64,000 nucleotides of DNA from Candidatus Omnitrophota bacterium (GTDB lineage: Bacteria; Omnitrophota; Omnitrophia; Omnitrophales; Aquincolibacteriaceae). The notes beneath the pieces were generated by a model. That model was not told the DNA's origin and searched no databases. It saw nothing but the letters and a program-made list of their open reading frames with translations. Every line of letters begins with the position of its first letter. Position 1 is the first letter of the stretch. The stretch spans positions 1-64,000 of the forward strand of contig JAZDJU010000103.1 of the NCBI GenBank assembly GCA_043803685.1, written 5' to 3'. Shown here piece by piece: positions 48,380-57,327 of the stretch. The position numbers and the translations under genes are program-made.

Positions 48380-50670
48380 ATCTCCTCTCCTTTTTCTTTC
48401 TACTGTCTTCTCTTGTTACATTCACATTGGGCATCTGGGTCGTCAGCGCAAATCCCAAGAATAGAATTTATCTTTCTTGGTTTCTTTTTTGTTCTAGTGT
48501 TGCTGTGTGGAGTTTTGGATTGGGCGTTCTTACGATAGCTCCGAATTTGGGCGTAGCGAGCTTTTTTTACTTCGTTCATTATTTTGGTGCAATCAATATC
48601 CCGGTTATGTTTTTGTGTTTCATACGTGTTTATTTTTTGCATGATGCTAAGCCTCAGAAATCACCAGATTTGATCATTGGCTGCATTTTAGCCGCTTTCC
48701 AAATAGCCGCGTTTTTTACTGGTCATCTCGTTGGCCCGCTGATGCCAAAGTGGCAGTTTAGGTACTATACAACGCCGAGTGTTTTGTATCCATTTTTCAT
48801 GGTGTATTTCTTTTTTTATGTGAATTATTGTTTTTTTCTGATGATTAGAGCCTTTCGACGAGATAAAGCTTTAAGGGAGAAACGGAATGTTTTCATTATT
48901 GTGGCAACAGCATGTGGATTCACTGGTGGCAGCACTGCTTTCTTTCTAGTTTACAACATTGATTTGCCGCCCTATGGAATTTATTGTTTTTTGCTTTTCC
49001 CCATCATTACTTCATACGCCATTATCAAACATGGTTTAATGGAAATCGAAGTAATTATCCGCAAGACAATTGTCTTCGCGGGGCTTTTTGGGGTGCTTAT
49101 GGCGGTTGTTGGTGGTGTTACAGCGCTAGCGCAGAGTTATGTTGGACAACTGGTCGGGATGGGGACAACAGCGCGACAGCTTCTTAGTATTCTTGTGGCG
49201 ATAGCCCTGTTTGACCCAACCCGCAAATTGCTAGTCAATCTCACGGACAAATTCCTCTTCCAGAAAAAATATGATTATCACAAGTTGCTGAAGGATGCGT
49301 CGCGGGGGATGTCGAATATCGAGAGCCTGGAGCATCTTCTGGGGCTGGTGGTGCACTTCATTACGATGAAGATGCGCGTGAAGAACGCGGCGGTGCTGAT
49401 GCGGGAGGGGGCAAGCGACCAGTACAAGCTCGTGTATCAGCGCGGGTTCGACAAGAAGTTCCTGACCATGACCCTCTATGAGAACGATCCTCTGATCCAT
49501 TATCTCGAGAGCCACAAAGAAGCGGTGGATATCGAGCGCATCAAGGAGCAGGTCGAGGCGGCGTCCTATCAGCGGGACAAAAGCGAGAAGGCTTACGATT
49601 ACGAAGCGATCCGGGAGCGGATGACTCAATTGCAGGCCAGCTGCTGCGTGCCGAGCTTTCTGGGGCGCGAGCTCCGGAACATCCTGATGCTGGGGGAAAA
49701 GAAATCCGGCGAGTATTATTCGAACGAGGACCTGAACCTGCTTTACACGCTGGCGCAGGAATCTTCCATCGCGATCGAGAACGCGCGGCTTTATGACGAG
49801 GCCCTTCGGAAGACCGACGAGCTGGAACATATCAACGATCAGCTCGAGCATTCCAAAGGGCTTCTGATGAAAGCCCTGCAGGAGGCCGAGGGCGCGAATA
49901 AGCAATTGCAGGACACCCAGGCCCAGCTCATTCACGAGCAGAAGATGGCGACCCTGGGACGGCTGGCGGCGTCGGTGGGGCATGAGGTGAATAACCCGCT
50001 TACGATCCTTTCCATGAACGTGTCGCGCGTGATCCTGAAACACCGGAAGAACCAGGACATGAAAGTGACGGAGATCCTGGACGTCTTCGACAAAATGGAA
50101 AAGAACATCGAGCGCATCAAGGCGGTGGTGAATACGCTGACCGGGCTTCTCAAGAAATCAGAGAAAGGGAAGTTCGAGCCCTTGTCGCTCAAGTTGATCC
50201 TGGAGGAGACCCTGCCGCTCGTGCAGTTCCAGACCTATCTCGACAATCTCTCCGGCACCGAGGTCGATTTTAATGTGCCCGGCAACGTGCCGCTCATTCG
50301 CGGCGACCTCGAGCGTCTGCAGGAAGTGTTTCTGAATCTCTTCATCAACGCTTACCATGCCATGGCCAGCAAGCGGCACCGCAAGATCGGGGTCCATGCC
50401 GAGATCGACCCGAGAGACCCGACCATGGTCGCGATCCATTTCAGGGACAACGGTTCGGGCATGAACGAAGAGACCGCGAAGAAGATCTTCAATTACGGGT
50501 TCACGACCAAGCCCCCCGGTAAAGGGTCCGGGCTCGGTCTTTACATGTGCAAGTACATCATCGAGCTGCACGGCGGAACGATCACCGTCGACAGTAAGCT
50601 CGGCGAGGGCACCACGTTCACTCTGACCCTCCCCGCGTATTCGGAGAAGATGGCGCTGAAAGCGCCGTGA
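48376..50670 (+). CDS. Sensor histidine kinase 4: HisKA_7TM-like N-terminus, GAF, HisKA, HATPase
   Basis: GTG start overlaps the upstream stop; LGEKKSGEYY..ED..L (GAF), GHEVNNPL, DNGSG, GSGLGL. Confidence 0.9.
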   Translation: MNLLSFFFLLSSLVTFTLGIWVVSANPKNRIYLSWFLFCSSVAVWSFGLGVLTIAPNLGVASFFYFVHYFGAINIPVMFLCFIRVYFLHDAKPQKSPDLIIGCILAAFQIAAFFTGHLVGPLMPKWQFRYYTTPSVLYPFFMVYFFFYVNYCFFLMIRAFRRDKALREKRNVFIIVATACGFTGGSTAFFLVYNIDLPPYGIYCFLLFPIITSYAIIKHGLMEIEVIIRKTIVFAGLFGVLMAVVGGVTALAQSYVGQLVGMGTTARQLLSILVAIALFDPTRKLLVNLTDKFLFQKKYDYHKLLKDASRGMSNIESLEHLLGLVVHFITMKMRVKNAAVLMREGASDQYKLVYQRGFDKKFLTMTLYENDPLIHYLESHKEAVDIERIKEQVEAASYQRDKSEKAYDYEAIRERMTQLQASCCVPSFLGRELRNILMLGEKKSGEYYSNEDLNLLYTLAQESSIAIENARLYDEALRKTDELEHINDQLEHSKGLLMKALQEAEGANKQLQDTQAQLIHEQKMATLGRLAASVGHEVNNPLTILSMNVSRVILKHRKNQDMKVTEILDVFDKMEKNIERIKAVVNTLTGLLKKSEKGKFEPLSLKLILEETLPLVQFQTYLDNLSGTEVDFNVPGNVPLIRGDLERLQEVFLNLFINAYHAMASKRHRKIGVHAEIDPRDPTMVAIHFRDNGSGMNEETAKKIFNYGFTTKPPGKGSGLGLYMCKYIIELHGGTITVDSKLGEGTTFTLTLPAYSEKMALKAP

Positions 50671-50809
50671 GACGGGAAGCAAGAGGCAGGAGGCAAGAGA
50701 CAAGAGACAACAGACTGCCACCAAACCTCAATGGTTTGGTGCGACTTCGGCATGGACTGTACATTCCTGTCCGAGTCGAGACGGCAGACCACAGACCGGA
50801 GACAACAGA

Positions 50810-51181
50810 TTGAGAGACTTTAAGAAGATCAAGGTCTATCAGAAGGCAGAAGCGCTTATTCTGGTCATCTATAAGCTGACGAAAGATTTTCCCAAAGAAG
50901 AGATTTTTGGTTTAACGTCGCAGCTTCGTCGGGCTGTCGTTTCAGTCGCCTGTAATATCGCGGAAGGGTCGAGTAGACAACATCTCAAGGACTATATGCA
51001 TTTTTTATACATTGCACGAGGTTCGTTAGCGGAAGTAAAATGTCTCGTCGGCGTTTCTAGCGAATTGGGTTATGTTGCAAAAGCTGATCATTCTCAGATT
51101 GAAGCTTTATTGGAAGAGGCTTCAAAAATGCTTTATGGACTGATCAAGTCGGTCAAAGAGGAAATAGGAGAGAGGCTGTAG
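50810..51181 (+). CDS. Four-helix-bundle protein (23S rRNA IVP / bAvd-like family)
   Basis: FPKEEIFGLTSQLRRAVVSVACNIAEG, FLYIARGSLAE. Confidence 0.92.
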   Translation: MRDFKKIKVYQKAEALILVIYKLTKDFPKEEIFGLTSQLRRAVVSVACNIAEGSSRQHLKDYMHFLYIARGSLAEVKCLVGVSSELGYVAKADHSQIEALLEEASKMLYGLIKSVKEEIGERL

Positions 51182-51210
51182 TCTGTGGTCTTCGGTCTGC
51201 AGTCTTATTT

Positions 51211-51570
51211 ATGAAAAAGAAGATTCTCATTGTGGATGACGAGGCGGGGATCGTTCAGGAGATCAAGGAATTCCTGGAGGAGGAGGGCTATGAGGTCCAT
51301 ATGGCGGACTCGGCCAAGGCGGGGATCTTGCTCGTCGAGGAGATCCATCCGGACGTGATCCTGATCGACGTGAAACTGCCGGATGCTTCCGGGACCGAGG
51401 TGCTTCGCTTCTGCAAGGAAAAGTCTCCCAAGACCAAGACCATCATGGTGACGGGGTACGTGGACCAGCACTTGATCGACGAGGCGGAATCGATCGGCCG
51501 GGATTCCTTTCTCCAGAAACCTTTTAATCTTGAAGAGATATTGAAGGAAATCGAACGCCTGACGGCCTAA
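51211..51570 (+). CDS. Single-domain response regulator
   Basis: ILIVDDE, LIDVKLP, VTG, QKPF. Confidence 0.9.
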   Translation: MKKKILIVDDEAGIVQEIKEFLEEEGYEVHMADSAKAGILLVEEIHPDVILIDVKLPDASGTEVLRFCKEKSPKTKTIMVTGYVDQHLIDEAESIGRDSFLQKPFNLEEILKEIERLTA

Positions 51571-51675
51571 AAGCTTATAGCCGATAGACCCTAGCCAATA
51601 GCAAAAGCTTTAGCTATAGGCTATGAGCTAGAGTCTATAGGCCAGAACAAAGCTATGGGCTAAAGTCTAGAGTCT
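51571..51675. repeat. Inverted array of ~7-nt TAGC/GCTA units
   Basis: TATAGCC GATAGAC CCTAGCC AATAGC ... GCTATAG GCTATGA GCTAGAG TCTATAG ... GCTATGG GCTAAAG TCTAGAG. Confidence 0.65.
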
Positions 51676-51681
51676 CATACA

Positions 51682-52218
51682 ATGAATTTTATAAAAACTG
51701 AAATTGAAGGTGTGATCGTAGTCGAGCCGAAGGTCTTTAATGACCCGCGCGGTTTTTTCTACGAAAGCTACCGCAAGAAACTCTTCGTCGAGAACGGTAT
51801 CAAGGACGATTTTGTCCAGGACAACGTCAGCTCTTCCGCCAAAGGCGTGCTCCGGGGATTGCATTATCAGGTCGCGCCGCGCGCGCAGGCCAAGCTCATG
51901 CGAGTGCTTCGCGGGTCGGTCTACGATGTGGCGGTGGACATTCGCTCTCGCTCCAAAACGTTCGGGAAATTCTTCTCGATCACGCTTTCCGCCGAGAACC
52001 GCAAGATGCTCTATATCCCCAAAGGCTTTGCCCACGGGTTCTGCGTGCTGGAGGAGGGAACGGAATTCATGTACAAGGTCTCGGATTATTACGCGCCCGA
52101 TCACGAGCGGGGGATCCTCTGGTCGGACCCCGATCTTGCTATTCCGTGGCCCAAGCTCGACCGGGCGTTCCTTCTTTCGGATAAAGATAAGAAGTATCCG
52201 AATTTAAAAGACATATAA
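51682..52218 (+). CDS. rfbC: dTDP-4-dehydrorhamnose 3,5-epimerase
   Basis: DPRGFFYE, FVQDNVSSS, GVLRGLHYQ, DVAVDIR, GFAHGF. Confidence 0.95.
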   Translation: MNFIKTEIEGVIVVEPKVFNDPRGFFYESYRKKLFVENGIKDDFVQDNVSSSAKGVLRGLHYQVAPRAQAKLMRVLRGSVYDVAVDIRSRSKTFGKFFSITLSAENRKMLYIPKGFAHGFCVLEEGTEFMYKVSDYYAPDHERGILWSDPDLAIPWPKLDRAFLLSDKDKKYPNLKDI

Positions 52219-52221
52219 ATA

Positions 52222-52320
52222 AAGTGTCACAGTATCATCGCTCACTTCGTTCGCTGGTATCAAAGTATCATTTTTGACACTTAGACACGTTGATACACTG
52301 ACACTATTTTCTCTGACACC
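52222..52320. repeat. Inverted octamer array (AGTGTCA/AGTATCA ... TGACAC/TGATAC), copy 1
   Basis: Core 52231..52270 matches 55688..55727 at 38/40. Confidence 0.8.
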
Positions 52321-52332
52321 GAAAGAAGTTCG

Positions 52333-52824
52333 ATGAAAAAATACATCTACGGAACTATTTTTGTCGCGATGCTTGCAGGCGTGGCGGTCTTTTTTTTCAG
52401 GCCGCCGTCGACTGTGAATCCTGCCTCTCAAACGGTCCTTGAGCTTACGTTCCGTTTTCCGGAAGGCTATGAATGGACGCCGGAAGCGCCGTTTTCGATG
52501 ACCTGGCAGGCTGAGGCTCCAATATCCTCGGCACGCTCGCGGGGCTCGGACGCCCCGTCGTCGCAGTTCGAGGATCCCGAGGGAAAGCTTTCTGACGTCG
52601 TTCTCGATAAGAATTTCAATCCGCTCGTTTCTCCTTATCCGCTCAGGTTTTCTCCGAAGTTGGGTTCCGCGGCCGTGGTTTTGAACGCGCACCTCTACTA
52701 TTGTGATAAAGCCACGAGGATGTGTTTCCAGGATAAGTTCAAGACCCGCATCCCGCTTGTCGCCGGAAGTCCCTCTCCCATTTCGTATGTTTGGGAGATT
52801 ACACCGAAACAGACTGCAGACTGA
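52333..52824 (+). CDS. Exported/membrane-anchored hypothetical protein (beta-rich, YYC...MC motif)
   Basis: N-terminal hydrophobic segment; PEGYEWTPEAPF; LYYCDKATRMC. Confidence 0.55.
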   Translation: MKKYIYGTIFVAMLAGVAVFFFRPPSTVNPASQTVLELTFRFPEGYEWTPEAPFSMTWQAEAPISSARSRGSDAPSSQFEDPEGKLSDVVLDKNFNPLVSPYPLRFSPKLGSAAVVLNAHLYYCDKATRMCFQDKFKTRIPLVAGSPSPISYVWEITPKQTAD

Positions 52825-52899
52825 AGACTAAAAGCGAGCCACGAGCCATGTTCCACGGGCCACGTGGTGCGTGGATCTTGGAACGTGGCACGGGATTTT

Positions 52900-53118
52900 A
52901 TGAAACTCACCATCAAAGTAAAAACGAACGCCAAAGAAAATGCCGTCCAGGAAATGCCGGGAGGAGAGCTCCGGGTCCTGGTGAAGGCGCCGCCTCAGGA
53001 AGGGCGCGCGAACGAAGCTGTGATCGAGGCGCTGGCCGCGCATTTCAAGGTCCCGAAAAGCCGCGTCGCGATCGTGGGCGGGTTTAAGAGTAAAACGAAG
53101 ATTGTACAGATCGGGTAA
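52900..53118 (+). CDS. DUF167/YggU family protein
   Basis: VKAPPQEGRANEAVIEALAAHF.VPKS.V.IV.G..SKTK. Confidence 0.9.
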   Translation: MKLTIKVKTNAKENAVQEMPGGELRVLVKAPPQEGRANEAVIEALAAHFKVPKSRVAIVGGFKSKTKIVQIG

Positions 53119-53246
53119 AAAAACGGGGAACGGGTAACGATGAACGCCTGCGTTCCCCGAGGATCGTTCCCCGCGTAAGGTGAGCGGGTGTGTGGCCCTT
53201 TAAAAAACAAAATCCATTCTTTTCATGTTTAAGTTAGAATAAGATC

Positions 53247-55598
53247 ATGTTCCGTCAATTCGCAGAGTTCATCCATCATTTCCGGTGGCCGGTCCTGCTG
53301 GCCATGTTGATCAGTGTCTTCTTCTTCGGGATCGCGGTCTCGAAGCTCTCCGTCGATCCCTCCATGGAAACGCTCTTCATCAAGAAATCCCCCGAATACC
53401 AGTATTATCAACAGTACCGTATCAAATACGGCAGTGACCAGATGATCGCTGTCGCGATGTCGACCGAGAACCTTTTCACCCTCCCCAATCTCAAGACCCT
53501 GAAGAGCCTCACCGACGGCATTGCCAGTTATCCGCAGGTGGAGCGCGTGATCAGTCTCGCTAACGCGATGGACATCAAGCATAAGTTGCTCGGTGTGAAG
53601 ACGGTGCCGGCGCTCGAGGGGGTGTTCGAGGGCGAGCGGTCGATCGAGGACGCCAAAAAGGAAGTGCTCCGGAACGAACTTTACGTCAGCAATATCGTTT
53701 CGAAGGACGGGAAGATCGCCAACATCTTGGTCTATCTCAAGCCTGCCGAGAAGAACAGCGCCGCGGCCAATGGGGCGTTCATCAGCGCGCTCAAAGATTA
53801 TTTGAATGACTTTGAAAAGCCGGGCGTGAAATTTTACATGGCGGGCGCGCCCGTCGAGCAGTATGAGTTCATCGATCTGATCCACCGCGACCAGATGATC
53901 TTTGTCCCGGTGATCACCATCATTCTGATCCTGATGACGTGGCTGATCTACCGCAGTTTTGTCTGCATGGTCCTTTCCATGTCGATCGTCTTTACGACGC
54001 TTGTCTGGACGCTCGGGACGATCTCGCTTCTGGGCCAGGAGCTGAACCTGATGACGTCGCTTCTCGCGCCGGTGATCATGATCGTTTCGGTGATCAACTC
54101 CACTTACCTGATCAATCTGTTCTTTGAGGTCCGGCCACACCACAAGAGCTTGAAAGAGGCCGTGAGCGTGACACTCCAGCAGCTCGGGATGCCGTGCTTT
54201 CTGACGCATTTTACGGCAGTCCTGGGTTTTGGCTCCCTCGCACTTAGTCCAATTCCGGCCATTCAAAGTTTTGGGATCTACGCGGCGCTCGGGACTTTTT
54301 ATTCTTACATTGTCGAGCTCGTGATGACGGCGGTGCTTCTGCCGATCCTGCCGTATCGAGCGGTGGATCCGAACGCCACGAATGAATCGCACTTTTTTAA
54401 CCGGGTTCTGCTGGGGTTCCTCGAAAAACTGGAGTTCCGCTGGAAGTGGTGGATCCTGATCGTGACGGGGCTCGTGATGGTGCTTTCGTTCCAGGGCGCC
54501 CAGAAGCTTGAGGTCGATACGAATATCGTGAAGCAGATGAAGCCGACCCTGCCGCTCGCGATCGCGACGAAATTCATCGACGAGCATTTGACCGGCGTTT
54601 ACTCGCTCGGGTTCGTGTTCCGCCGCAAGGACGGGGAGAGCCTTGTGGACGCGAAGACGCTGAATCTTCTGGACCAGTTCAAGACCTATCTGGAGACCGA
54701 GCCCGGGATCGCGAAGGTCAATAGCATCACGACGCTCATTAAAAAGATCAATGAGGCGCGGGAGGACGATCCCAACGCCTACCGGATCCCGAAGAGTCCC
54801 ACGATGCTCGGTCTCTATTTCAAGGGGTTGACCCAGTCTAAAGACCCGGAGCTTTGGAAACTGGTGTCGCATGATTTTAAAGAGGTGCGCATGGAGGCGC
54901 GCATGCGGGCGATCGGAACGACGCGTGGAGCGCTTTTGGAGGAACGGGTGCGGGAATATCTTCAGGATCACATGAGCGAATTTTTTGAATACAAACTGAC
55001 GGGGAATGTGGTGCTCTTGGGCAAGATCGCGAAGAGTCTTGTCGCGGAGCAGACCCAGAGTTTCGCCTTTGCTTTCATTTCGATTCTGATCGTGATCATC
55101 CTGATCTTCCGGTCGATCCCGCTTGGGCTTTTGGCCGCGATCCCGAATCTTATTCCGATCCTCGCGGTGTACGGGATCATGGGCTTCGCGGGGATCGAGC
55201 TTTCGACGGCGACGGCGATGATCGCGAGCATTGTGTTGGGGCTTGTGGTGGACGCTTCGATCCAGTTCCTTTACCGGTTCCGCAAGGAATTCCAGCACCG
55301 TTCTCATTACATCCAGTCCCTCCACCACACGTATCGTAATATGGGCCAGTCGATGGTCGTGTCGACCCTGATCCTTTGCATGGGGTTCGCCTCAAGTGTG
55401 TGCGCGAGCTTCCGGATCACCGTGCATTTCGGGGTGCTGACGAGTCTGACGATCTTTCTGGCGCTCATTTGCTCGCTTCTGGTCATGCCGGCGATCCTGA
55501 TCATGATGAAGCCGTTTGGTCCCCAGCGTCTTTTCAAACGCAAGGTCGCGGAGCACGATCCTTTGTACAAGTCGCAGGATTCCGGGAAGTCGGTTTGA
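53247..55598 (+). CDS. MMPL-family RND lipid transporter
   Basis: Two repeats of TM + soluble domain + 5 TMs; TAVLGFGSL, NLIPI, GLVVDASI, LCMGF. Confidence 0.85.
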   Translation: MFRQFAEFIHHFRWPVLLAMLISVFFFGIAVSKLSVDPSMETLFIKKSPEYQYYQQYRIKYGSDQMIAVAMSTENLFTLPNLKTLKSLTDGIASYPQVERVISLANAMDIKHKLLGVKTVPALEGVFEGERSIEDAKKEVLRNELYVSNIVSKDGKIANILVYLKPAEKNSAAANGAFISALKDYLNDFEKPGVKFYMAGAPVEQYEFIDLIHRDQMIFVPVITIILILMTWLIYRSFVCMVLSMSIVFTTLVWTLGTISLLGQELNLMTSLLAPVIMIVSVINSTYLINLFFEVRPHHKSLKEAVSVTLQQLGMPCFLTHFTAVLGFGSLALSPIPAIQSFGIYAALGTFYSYIVELVMTAVLLPILPYRAVDPNATNESHFFNRVLLGFLEKLEFRWKWWILIVTGLVMVLSFQGAQKLEVDTNIVKQMKPTLPLAIATKFIDEHLTGVYSLGFVFRRKDGESLVDAKTLNLLDQFKTYLETEPGIAKVNSITTLIKKINEAREDDPNAYRIPKSPTMLGLYFKGLTQSKDPELWKLVSHDFKEVRMEARMRAIGTTRGALLEERVREYLQDHMSEFFEYKLTGNVVLLGKIAKSLVAEQTQSFAFAFISILIVIILIFRSIPLGLLAAIPNLIPILAVYGIMGFAGIELSTATAMIASIVLGLVVDASIQFLYRFRKEFQHRSHYIQSLHHTYRNMGQSMVVSTLILCMGFASSVCASFRITVHFGVLTSLTIFLALICSLLVMPAILIMMKPFGPQRLFKRKVAEHDPLYKSQDSGKSV

Positions 55599-55609
55599 GA
55601 GAATAAATA

Positions 55610-55770
55610 AGTGTCACGGTGTTACAGTGTCACAGTATCAAAGTATCAGAGTGTCAGGAAAAATAGTGTCAGGAAAGAGAGTGTCAAAGTATCATCGCTC
55701 ACTTCGTTCGCTAGTATCAAAGTGTCAAGGCCTTGGCTCTGATACCCTGATACATTGATACGCTGACACT
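55610..55770. repeat. Inverted octamer array, copy 2
   Basis: GTGTCA/GTATCA units at 8-nt spacing, then TGATAC/TGACAC units. Confidence 0.8.
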
Positions 55771-55782
55771 GAAGAAAGATTA

Positions 55783-57270
55783 ATGAAAAAATATATCTAT
55801 GCCATGATTCTTGTTGTCGGTGCTGGTTTGGCCTTTTCCGGCTGCGCGAGTCATTTTCAAACGGTTTCTGTGGTGGGTTCCTCGAAATGTGCCACCGGGG
55901 GGAAGATCGATGAGGGGGCCGTCGGCACCATCCGGATCGTGAAGTCGATGCCTCGGAAGGTTGTCGCGGGAAAGCCTCTCGAATACACGATCACGGCAAC
56001 GAATCTTTGCGAATGCACGCTCGCAGGTGTCGTGATCACGGAGAAATTCTCAGGGGCGATCGAAGCGAAGAGCACTTTGCCGGCTGCCAAGGTTACGGCG
56101 GAAGGGGTCGAGTGGGAGGCCGGTTCGCTGAAGTCCCGCGAAAGAAAGACGCTTACGGTCACAGGGATCGCGAAGGTCTCGGGGGCTTTTGAGACGGTGA
56201 CGGAGGCGGTCTACAACCTGGTGCCTTGCAACGAAGCTAAAGCGGCTTTGCCCCGTTTGAAGATCGTTTTGGAAGCTCCGGACAAGGCTGTGCTCTGCGA
56301 TACGATCCCGGTCAAGTGGACGATCACCAATCAGGGGACCGCTCGCGCGAAGAACGTGACGGTCTCTCAGGATCTCCCGAAGGGGATCGAGACGGCGGAT
56401 CACAAGATCTTGTTCACGGAGCTTCTCGGGGATCTTGCGGGCGGCGCTTCCCGTTCTTTGATCGTGGAATTGAAGGCCCAGAAAGCCGGTCGCTACGTGC
56501 ACACGGCCAGCGTTGCCACCGTAGATGGTTTTTCCGCGGTCTCTTCTCCTGTGACGACGGAGGTGTTGGAGCCTTCACTGAAAGTGGGGATCGAAGGACC
56601 TGAGAAGGTGCTTGTGGGCAAGAACGCGGATTATAAGGTGAGCGTTCAGAGCACCGGGAATACGGATGCGACCGGGACGATGGTTGTGGCGGCGCTTCCT
56701 CCTCAGATGCAATTCGTGTCAGCCTCAAACGGTGGCAAGGTTTCCGGGAAGTCGATCGTCTGGGATGTTGGAAAGCTGGGCGTTGGTAAACAGATCTTTC
56801 TCAGCGCGACGCTGAAAGCGATCAAGGCGGGAACGAGCGAGAGTGTTGTGTCCGGAAAAGGGGCGTGTTGCAAGGAAGCCTCTGCGAAGTTGAAGACGGA
56901 AGTGACCGGTATTCCGGCGATCCGGCTCGAGGTCACGGATACCGAGGATCCCATTCAGGTCGGGGGTACGGAAAAATTCCTCGTGGTCGTGACCAACCAG
57001 GGGTCGGCTTCGGACAAGAACATTGTTGTAAAAGTGAGCTTTGAGGAACATTTTGATTACGTGGGCGCGACCGGTCCCACGCAGGGAAAGTCTGAAAGTG
57101 GCAAATCCGTGGAGTTCGCGCCGCTGGGAAGTCTTGAGCCGGGTCAGAAAGTGACCTGGGAAGTGAAAGCCAAGGCCGTGAGCGAAGGCGACCATCTCGT
57201 GAACGTCGGGATAACGTGTGAGTCGATCCGTCGCCCCGCCCAGGAAACCGAAGTCACCCGGATCTATTGA
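55783..57270 (+). CDS. DUF11-repeat lipoprotein, chlamydial OmcB-like
   Basis: Lipobox FSGC; repeated Y.I..TN.G..A..V motifs; EVTDTEDPIQVG...VTNQGSA. Confidence 0.75.
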   Translation: MKKYIYAMILVVGAGLAFSGCASHFQTVSVVGSSKCATGGKIDEGAVGTIRIVKSMPRKVVAGKPLEYTITATNLCECTLAGVVITEKFSGAIEAKSTLPAAKVTAEGVEWEAGSLKSRERKTLTVTGIAKVSGAFETVTEAVYNLVPCNEAKAALPRLKIVLEAPDKAVLCDTIPVKWTITNQGTARAKNVTVSQDLPKGIETADHKILFTELLGDLAGGASRSLIVELKAQKAGRYVHTASVATVDGFSAVSSPVTTEVLEPSLKVGIEGPEKVLVGKNADYKVSVQSTGNTDATGTMVVAALPPQMQFVSASNGGKVSGKSIVWDVGKLGVGKQIFLSATLKAIKAGTSESVVSGKGACCKEASAKLKTEVTGIPAIRLEVTDTEDPIQVGGTEKFLVVVTNQGSASDKNIVVKVSFEEHFDYVGATGPTQGKSESGKSVEFAPLGSLEPGQKVTWEVKAKAVSEGDHLVNVGITCESIRRPAQETEVTRIY

Positions 57271-57327
57271 TCCAACGTTTTTTCGTTTCCCAGTTTTTTA
57301 ACAGCGTCTAAAAAAGGAGGAATAGAT

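Noticed and set aside
50810..51181. Diversity-generating retroelement (Avd-like gene plus a diverged repeat pair at 38930/43423)
   Set aside because: No reverse transcriptase in the window, and differences between the repeat copies are not confined to adenines
51571..55770. CRISPR array
   Set aside because: Repeats are 7-8-nt periodic inverted arrays without unique spacers; no cas genes
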